From IMG/VR virus record IMGVR_UViG_3300025669_001165, positions 1-53,965 of that record: DNA of 53,965 nt. One strand, given 5' to 3'. Position 1 is the first letter of the stretch, and every line of letters begins with the position of its first letter. The position numbers were made by a program, and so were the translations under genes. The DNA is from a virus (lineage: Duplodnaviria > Caudoviricetes). Under the pieces are notes generated by a model. The model ran no database searches. It worked only from the letters and a program-made list of their open reading frames with translations, and was not told where the DNA came from. This document shows, in pieces, positions 48,301 through 53,965 of the stretch.

Positions 48301-48584
48301 CAAATCGCTCTCTTTACTGAAGCACCAGGTTCACTTTGGTAAACATTGTTACCATACATCTTCAGTGTGCCGTATAGAATCGGAAGAGGTAACTCTGAAG
48401 TAGTTGTATTCTGAAGAGCACCAAATCCATATCGTGGAGAAGAACCACCCGCACCAATAAGGTTACCGCCACCAACTGCTCCAGACTTCGGAGCAGTCAT
48501 CATACCGTAAACTACAGCGGCTCCGGCAGCGACAATTACCCAACCTATAATGGCATATGTTACAGCGGTGGCTGTTACAGGCAT
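45351..48584 (-). CDS. Central tail fibre / host-specificity protein (lambda J-like, FN3 domains)
   Basis: LPILYG, NNPSACVLDFL, YNRIKV and EPGDVI, FN3-like repeats, and 11 SGD motifs in the C-terminal half. Confidence 0.85.
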   Translation of the reverse strand: MPVTATAVTYAIIGWVIVAAGAAVVYGMMTAPKSGAVGGGNLIGAGGSSPRYGFGALQNTTTSELPLPILYGTLKMYGNNVYQSEPGASVKRAICICMGEVTSITDVKVNDTPIEDIGSCSYTAYLGTETQDQDERFAGKLYGMRRFAYLAVTLTAGSKLKGGNPVVSSTVAGTKVRTPYAALNWTNTKYSNNPSACVLDFLTNQRYGCGLGDDVIDFTSFYNSYLYCDGQVEDGDGGLENRFELDMVIDSQRSQLDILGEILATFGGFLVWAQGKLFLNVEKEEVSTQDFDEDTIIQDSAKFSMTGKDEFYNRIKVLFLDPENEYTKVYAIAEDLNDQVLRNDLEGGRGVVGTEVQLMGITRQSQALRVANFFLRMSRVVGVNLTFKTSILAVHCEPGDVISVTLPDYNWDKKQFRILSIAEMDDDNRLIECREHYGTLYTDSYGGDLSNYTRPVLPLTDYETQPLPNPTDVDAKETVYFNHDGAAISDLEVTWDGIKQGFEYFDYYQVELRKVGDSELARLEDYKDDPILNLGLFINVWTSGDDGYTVVGYTKDEYMTIPDVESQATYIIRVKTVSTRDYISDGAYSANIITLGKQGAPAVVQGLTNTFTNEITLAWTPNTDVDLWGYEIRTTDVTWASGDVSNLVFRGQADTYTIISPGSRAPGTYYCRAIDRSGNYSVSSASTTPTNAAPAAPVIEPLVWFGFAELNWVDVTDPDLVSYDIYVSRNNTWGSGDDWLESKVVGTRATILGDPPVAGSGDSGTNDTLTATELVGSGDRRFEGDQLAITRGTGRGQTRQVIGYDAVAGTITGDTVWDTNPDATSEWLLTDKRWYRVYGVDTYGSGDASNVVSVEYKTLTADMFGDEVIKARNLYAGEILTLSAQIRDAIINNAHIINLSVTKLIAGTLAAGSIVINESGDIRSDNYVEGVTGFKLDGTDGLEINSGTIYGAGVSDVVGRSLFWYLPGSPESGDNASGTFIMPFDATIKSARGYIEKPSSGDSVIVDVDVNGSSIWASSQWNRIILPSGDETPETVIREVFDTTTIASGDEVTIGVDQIGSLYEGEDISIQLDVEIA

Positions 48585-49006
48585 CCTACCACCTCCAGGC
48601 CGTATCTAAACTTCCCCGTCCAATAGTCACTGAGGGAAGATATACAACTCTTTCCTACGTGAGGCATATACAAGAACTTATTATCCCCCAGATAGGCAGC
48701 GGCCAACTCTATTCTATCCTTCCCACTTATGGAGAAGAATATTAAGTCGTTTTCCTTTAGGTCTTCTATCCTATCTCTCCTATGTCCTCCGGCGGTAAGT
48801 TTTGCAATCTCATCATTGAATTTTCTTGCTGTGGTAAGTATAAAATGTCCGTCAAACTCATAATCGGGAAACTGCTCTTGTGCCTGGGTTCCCAATTCTC
48901 TATAATAGGCTATCAATAGAGTTACGCAATCCATGCCCTCCTCTAGTGTTTCCCCTTTGAGTTTATACTTAACTCCTACATACTTCTGCACTCTGTCATT
49001 TATCAT
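48575..49006 (-). CDS. NlpC/P60-like tail tip protein (His sites appear degenerate)
   Basis: YVGVKY..GMDC and DLIFF..YLGDNKFL. Confidence 0.75.
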   Translation of the reverse strand: MINDRVQKYVGVKYKLKGETLEEGMDCVTLLIAYYRELGTQAQEQFPDYEFDGHFILTTARKFNDEIAKLTAGGHRRDRIEDLKENDLIFFSISGKDRIELAAAYLGDNKFLYMPHVGKSCISSLSDYWTGKFRYGLEVVGCL

Positions 49007-49854
49007 TTTATCACCATATTCTCAGGGATGGTATGAAAGCCCCCGAAGTTTGCTTCGTTGCCATAATCGCCACTGCACATGAATAACGTCTTATCGCAAC
49101 CAGTCCGCACCGTGTATGTATCTCCCACTGCTGGTGCATAAGGCATAGGGTTGTCTAAAGTAATCTGTCCTACTATACTTGTATCTACTGTTTGTCTGTA
49201 CCCGTCATTCTGACCCGATGTGAATCTTACGTAACCTCTTCTCCAATACCTATCTGCCTCCGTTACATCAACTCCTTTAAGTTCAGTTGTAGTACAATCA
49301 GCGTCACATGTCTTACTTTTGCTGTACGCAGCATCTGCTACATTTACTCCACACTCCTCTCCCCCGAACCTCCAATTGCAAGGTAACTGATACCATATGT
49401 GAGGGGCTTTCTTCTTCAACGAACTTATCCTTGGAACTACATTTATGGATAACCATTTATCGTCTACCGCTGGAGAATCCATTAGACCATCGAATATAGT
49501 AACAGCATCTCCTGAGGACCCCAATACGTTAGTGAATACCTGTCGGATAACTATTCGTCTACCTCTGAACTCATTAGCCTGTAAGTATCCTACCAAACTC
49601 TTATCTACATTGGATATTCCTACTCTCACTCTGTCTATGTCTAATCCCAAAGAAGACTTCGCAGAACTTCTCGAACCTGGTACTGGTTGATAAACTGCAG
49701 CATCTCCCGAAGCAGCATTGAAGAAGCTAATACTCTCCGTGTTGTTAGCCACGAAGTAATATGTAGTTGTGTCCAGATAGAGGTCAATCAATTCGACTGG
49801 TCTATTGTGGTCACCTGATGCAGTTGTCTTAAAATCTTGAGTTAAGTTTCTCAT
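49003..49854 (-). CDS. Baseplate hub-like protein (DUF2163/BR0599 family)
   Basis: CNWRFGGEECGV, FTSGQNDG and GCDKTLFMC..NFGGF. Confidence 0.85.
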   Translation of the reverse strand: MRNLTQDFKTTASGDHNRPVELIDLYLDTTTYYFVANNTESISFFNAASGDAAVYQPVPGSRSSAKSSLGLDIDRVRVGISNVDKSLVGYLQANEFRGRRIVIRQVFTNVLGSSGDAVTIFDGLMDSPAVDDKWLSINVVPRISSLKKKAPHIWYQLPCNWRFGGEECGVNVADAAYSKSKTCDADCTTTELKGVDVTEADRYWRRGYVRFTSGQNDGYRQTVDTSIVGQITLDNPMPYAPAVGDTYTVRTGCDKTLFMCSGDYGNEANFGGFHTIPENMVIK

Positions 49855-50417
49855 AACACCTCTACCAAGTCAATGTCAAAATTCCAAAGTTTGTAGGCGA
49901 ATTGTTCTCGCGACAACTCATCCCCACCAAACCTAACTTGATAGTAGAATCTATAATCTGTTGCCATTACAAGTTCAGCACTTCCTGGAGCTACAGAGAA
50001 CTCTATTGCGCCCGTAGTATAGTTCACCGTATAATCAGAAGCCTCTGTTACTGGAGTACCATCTACGGTTAAATCACAATCACCACTCTTAACTGGATAC
50101 CTATCGAACTGAAAGGATTTCTCCGAACCTGTTCCAGTTCCTACATGTTCATCTCCACTTTGGGAGATAGGACTTTCATCTGTAGCCTCCCAATAGAAGC
50201 TTTCTCCCTTTCCTGACTTTCCATTGAAGAAGTTGTATAGGTAATCAGACTGCTCTGTGTTCCTTCCAGTTGCTCCCCATTTGAATCTATGTTTCGGACG
50301 AGTCCACTTAGAACGTCTTTGCTCCTTACCACTCATAAATGGAGAGACTAACGTTCGATATATCTTTGTTTTCTCATACGATAATACAATATCTCCTGTA
50401 AAGATTTCTGCACTCAT
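49851..50417 (-). CDS. Distal tail protein (DUF2460)
   Basis: SGKEQRRSKW, FF...GKGESF and GTGTGSEKSFQ. Confidence 0.8.
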   Translation of the reverse strand: MSAEIFTGDIVLSYEKTKIYRTLVSPFMSGKEQRRSKWTRPKHRFKWGATGRNTEQSDYLYNFFNGKSGKGESFYWEATDESPISQSGDEHVGTGTGSEKSFQFDRYPVKSGDCDLTVDGTPVTEASDYTVNYTTGAIEFSVAPGSAELVMATDYRFYYQVRFGGDELSREQFAYKLWNFDIDLVEVL

Positions 50418-52618
50418 TATATTAAGTTCTCCCTCATTGCACCTCTAAGCGGTGTATTGTTCATAACTGCCCTTCCAACGACTATTTCTATAGCTTCTGG
50501 ATTCGATTGAACCAGATTAGCAAAACTAGGCGCGTCTACCGCTTGGATGTAATAGTTGTGGTTCACAACATTTCCTGAACCTGCTCCTGTTGACTCCCCT
50601 CCACCTGAGGGTCCTCCTAGAGTTAAGTTTCCCGCTCTTATCGCAGATGCGAAACTCTTAGGAACTACCATCTCTCCTGGGGTTAGACTTGCAGGGACAC
50701 TATCTGTACCTGCTGCAAATCCTTGTGACATAATAGTTGCTACCTGTACTGCTCCAGCAGCTCCTGCAGATATTACGCCCATCATATTGAGAGGCCATCC
50801 AGGTGGTGCTGCTAATGCAGCAGTAACTGCAACCGCTGTATTTATTATAGCCTCTCCTACCCTGAGAGCTTTTATGACCATTGCATACTTCTTACTCTCT
50901 CCCTGGGCTATTTCAAATAGAGACGCTACTGAACCCATTGTTTGAGCAGTGGAGCTCATAATTGCTTGAGCATTCGCTAAAGCTACCTTCTTTACCATTT
51001 CCTGTTGTGCTGCTAGCAACTCCATATATCTATCACCTGCGGCCTCTCGAATTTCTTGAATCTGTGTCTCCGCCAACCAAATAGCTGCGACCTTATCCAT
51101 CTCTCCTTGAAGTATTGCTATTTTTTCTTGTTCTTTCATATACGCAGTCTTCTCATGAGCCTCTTCCATTATAGCAGCAATTGCTGTGGTTCCTTCTAAG
51201 ACTAACTCAGCTTCTTTTGTGTTCGAAACTCTTAGTATCTCAAGTTTCTTATTAGCTGCAAACTCCTCTTGACTTTGGCCCTCCCAAGGGTCCCCTCCTG
51301 AAACAATTGGAGTTGTTGGTGTTGGAGCTCCTCCAGTATCTTTTTTTACTCCACTTACTTTATCTATAGCGTTATTGACGAAAGCAACCGCTCTGCTTCC
51401 TACTTCTGCGCCTCCTGGAAAGATTGCATCTAGGATACCATCCTTAACTGATGTAAATAGTCCCCCCCTTATCATATCTGGTAACTTCCTCATAGCCAAT
51501 GCTATATTTTGCATAGCGCTAATTAAGGGAGTTTCCTTTGCGATGAACCCTCCTACTTCTATATTCATCATATGCCAAGAAGCAGCTACTTTATCCAATT
51601 TCTTCTTAGTCGTCTCCATCTGAACCTTTAACGCCTCTTCCGTGATACCCTGCCTATTCGCAAACTCTATAGCAAACTTTCTCGTCTCATTCATCTCTTT
51701 AGTTGCTGCTATCAATCCCTTCAAGGCTCTAACCCTAGGTAACATACGTCCTAATTCTTCTTTCCGTACCTTGCCCATCTCTTCTAAGATGTCTAAAAAC
51801 TTACCTTGTTTTAAGGCCTCTTGAGTAGTCATATCGAACCAATCTTGAGACTTCGCTTGTAACTCTTCGGTAGGTTTCAACAGACCCTGCATAATACCTG
51901 TCATCGCTGTAGCGGCTTCATTATAGTTACCCATCGAGACAGTCATCTTAGCATACGCGGCCATTGTATCTTCAGCAGAAATCTCTAAGTCACTTGCCAT
52001 TGGTAAAAACCTACCAGCAGCAGATGATAACTCACCTATAGTCGCTCTGGCTCTAACCTGTGCTTTAAATAACAAGTCTGCAGCGTCAGCAGCACCGTTA
52101 AGAGAACTCCCGTACGCCTCCATTAGAGTTACCAACCCCTGAGTCGTTGCTTCCATATCCGAACCACCAGCGACAGCTAGTTTAGAAGCAGCAGCTAAGA
52201 TGTTCAAAGACTCTGCAGTATTTCCTACAGCAGAATGTATGTCAAAACTAGACTTAAGGAGCGATTTAGTAGTCAGTCCATAGGTTACCGATAATTCCTT
52301 AATAGCCTTCTCAAACTGTTTCACATCTCCAGTATTACTACCCATTAGAATAGCTATGTTGGCCAATCCCTTTTCGAAGTCTGCAAAAGCATTCAATGAT
52401 TTCATAGCCGCCATAGCCACACCAGTAATAACTGCGGCTACCGCCATCCAATGAGTCTTTAGGAACTTTGCTGCTTTACCTCCGGCTCGTCCTGCTCCCC
52501 TCATAGCATTTCCTGCCCTCGTGGAGAAGTTTCGGATTGACCTCTGAGCGGAAGCTAATCCTGCTGCAGTAGCATTCCTGGCTTTGACAACTAATTCTAA
52601 CGCTCTTTGATTCAACAT
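50417..52618 (-). CDS. Tail tape measure protein (TP901-like)
   Basis: 733 aa, Ala-rich and helical, with C-terminal FAAGTDSVPASLTPGEMVVP. Follows the chaperone genes. Confidence 0.9.
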   Translation of the reverse strand: MLNQRALELVVKARNATAAGLASAQRSIRNFSTRAGNAMRGAGRAGGKAAKFLKTHWMAVAAVITGVAMAAMKSLNAFADFEKGLANIAILMGSNTGDVKQFEKAIKELSVTYGLTTKSLLKSSFDIHSAVGNTAESLNILAAASKLAVAGGSDMEATTQGLVTLMEAYGSSLNGAADAADLLFKAQVRARATIGELSSAAGRFLPMASDLEISAEDTMAAYAKMTVSMGNYNEAATAMTGIMQGLLKPTEELQAKSQDWFDMTTQEALKQGKFLDILEEMGKVRKEELGRMLPRVRALKGLIAATKEMNETRKFAIEFANRQGITEEALKVQMETTKKKLDKVAASWHMMNIEVGGFIAKETPLISAMQNIALAMRKLPDMIRGGLFTSVKDGILDAIFPGGAEVGSRAVAFVNNAIDKVSGVKKDTGGAPTPTTPIVSGGDPWEGQSQEEFAANKKLEILRVSNTKEAELVLEGTTAIAAIMEEAHEKTAYMKEQEKIAILQGEMDKVAAIWLAETQIQEIREAAGDRYMELLAAQQEMVKKVALANAQAIMSSTAQTMGSVASLFEIAQGESKKYAMVIKALRVGEAIINTAVAVTAALAAPPGWPLNMMGVISAGAAGAVQVATIMSQGFAAGTDSVPASLTPGEMVVPKSFASAIRAGNLTLGGPSGGGESTGAGSGNVVNHNYYIQAVDAPSFANLVQSNPEAIEIVVGRAVMNNTPLRGAMRENLI

Positions 52619-52620
52619 AT

Positions 52621-52911
52621 TTACAAGTCCTTCTCAGCTACAGTTACTGTCTTTATTGGTCCTTGACCACTAGGTCCTTTGTGCTTCATCGCCATCCTTT
52701 GCTTTTCGAACTCTCTACTCATGTGGTCAAATACTCTACTCTCAATTATTCGAAAGTCTACCATATCTTTTTGGTCTTGGTCATAATACCCACCCGACCT
52801 AGGTAAACATCTTAACTCTCCATCAAGTGTAGGGCTACAAAACAAGTAAGTCACTAGAGCCTGGGGAAGCTTCTTCAATTGCAACTGTTCACAAACAGCT
52901 TGAGAAGACAT
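52621..52911 (-). CDS. Tail assembly chaperone T segment (expressed by -1 frameshift)
   Basis: LPRSGGYYDQD motif. The frame is open from the slippery site to this ORF. Confidence 0.75.
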   Translation of the reverse strand: MSSQAVCEQLQLKKLPQALVTYLFCSPTLDGELRCLPRSGGYYDQDQKDMVDFRIIESRVFDHMSREFEKQRMAMKHKGPSGQGPIKTVTVAEKDL

Positions 52912-52937
52912 CCCCGACAGCAGTAACTCAGTAGCCC

Positions 52938-53312
52938 TTACGAGTTTTTTTCTTCCTCGCTCCTCTTAGATGTCTTCCGGAGACCGTTATCTTCATCAAT
53001 CCTCTTCGCGAGGAACTGTTGAACAATAGAAGGAAGAAGTTCCTTGTTAGCTGAATTACAAGTAGCATCCTTTCCTTCTACCAACTCCACGTTTCTCCAA
53101 CTTACAATGGCCAAGTCAATCTTCAACCTAGTTGCTGTTCCACCAAGATAAGCAAAAGTTTCATCTCCCCTACTGACAGTTATCTCATCATCAATAGAGT
53201 TAACTTCTCCTGCACTTAGTTTCCTCAGCATAAACACTGGTTGCTTATCCTTAGCTACATCTTTCTCCTGATACACTACCTCATATGACTCTTTTACATT
53301 TACTAACTTCAT
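52938..53312 (-). CDS. Tail assembly chaperone G
   Basis: Between the tail tube and tape measure genes; ends EEEKNS. Confidence 0.8.
   Translation of the reverse strand: MKLVNVKESYEVVYQEKDVAKDKQPVFMLRKLSAGEVNSIDDEITVSRGDETFAYLGGTATRLKIDLAIVSWRNVELVEGKDATCNSANKELLPSIVQQFLAKRIDEDNGLRKTSKRSEEEKNS
52944..52950 (-). other. Programmed -1 frameshift slippery heptamer A AAA AAC
   Basis: The -1 frame reads KLVRATELLLSG and continues into MSSQAV of 52621..52911. Confidence 0.8.
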
Positions 53313-53349
53313 ATCTCTCCTCCTGTGCGCCCTTTTAGGTTTGCGCCCG

Positions 53350-53965
53350 TTATACTACTGTCAAAGTTAACACATCGTTATCTGTGTCATCGATGTAAGC
53401 AGTAAAGTTAAATGTTTCTGCAACGTAATCTGTCTGACTAGACAACGGTGACGATGAATTGTCAAACAATACCTTGTTCATTTGGAGCTTGAATGAGCTC
53501 GAATCTCTGGAGTATGTTGCTTCCAGTTTCGTGGGAAGTTCACTTAAGAACTTATCCAACTCATCAGTATCCTGAAACAGCTTCGTAAAGCTTCCTGTTA
53601 TTACAACTTTAGTTGCTGGTATGCTTACTCTCTCTTTACCTGTGGTATAGAGGTCCGTAACGAGATTGTTGTTTATCGAAAGCGAGAACGAAGTTATATC
53701 TGTGTTCGCTACGTCATCGAATTCGAAAACAGCATCGTTATGTAGATACGGGTCATCCCCAGAAGTAAATGATGCTGAACTACCCTGAGTAAGCTTCTGA
53801 TAACCTTTACCTTCTAGTGTGGCTACACACTGGAGAGGATTAGATTGCGAAGAAGTAAACTCAAGAGAACTCACCATGTCTCCTGAAGTATAGATATCTG
53901 CTGTCTCTCTATCAACGTGTAAGACCAAAGAACTTAAAGGTCTATCCGGTGCGTAAGGAGATGCT
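53350..53965 (-). CDS. Major tail tube protein, C-terminal part (runs off the window end)
   Basis: ITSFSLSINNNL and ITGSFT motifs; upstream of the chaperone genes. Confidence 0.8.
   Translation of the reverse strand, partial: ASPYAPDRPLSSLVLHVDRETADIYTSGDMVSSLEFTSSQSNPLQCVATLEGKGYQKLTQGSSASFTSGDDPYLHNDAVFEFDDVANTDITSFSLSINNNLVTDLYTTGKERVSIPATKVVITGSFTKLFQDTDELDKFLSELPTKLEATYSRDSSSFKLQMNKVLFDNSSSPLSSQTDYVAETFNFTAYIDDTDNDVLTLTVV

Noticed and set aside
1679-51824. Numerous plus-strand ORFs in the six-frame track
   Set aside because: They are antisense shadows of well-supported minus-strand genes, with Ser/Leu/Phe-rich composition and no recognisable domains.
53323-53349. GGGCGCA pair after the tail tube gene as a terminator
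   Set aside because: The two copies are direct rather than inverted repeats and there is no U-tract.
1-53965. Archaeal host or alternative genetic code suggested by ArcS/RaSEA
   Set aside because: Sigma70-type promoters, RlpA and RecA indicate a bacterial host, and long conserved ORFs are intact under the standard code.

Overview
Most of a tailed (siphovirus-like) bacteriophage genome, with essentially every real gene on the minus strand. The window opens inside the major capsid gene and closes inside the major tail tube gene, so the missing piece is probably a few kb of head-tail connector genes. In transcription order (high to low coordinates) it carries: a tail module (tube, frameshifted chaperones, tape measure, DUF2460/DUF2163/NlpC/J-like tip); holin-like genes; repeat-flanked early cassettes with sigma70-type promoters; a 7-deazaguanine DNA-modification pathway (folE, dpdA-like, queD/E/C) wrapped around a UDG-PolA and a primase-helicase, including an archaeal-type ArcS (DUF5591) plus RaSEA-like radical SAM pair that predicts archaeosine; a T4-like recombination module; a six-gene glycosyltransferase/radical SAM/methyltransferase/reductase cluster; terminase; a portal-MuF fusion; and head genes. 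The most striking unexplained signal is the tripeptide Ser-Gly-Asp, which occurs 23 times in five surface-exposed virion proteins, uses all six Ser codons, and was not seen in internal virion proteins. It is a candidate sequon for the glycosylation cluster. Three structured RNA candidates were also seen, including a tRNA-like element lacking an anticodon arm. All product calls come from motif recognition by eye; no database searches were run.
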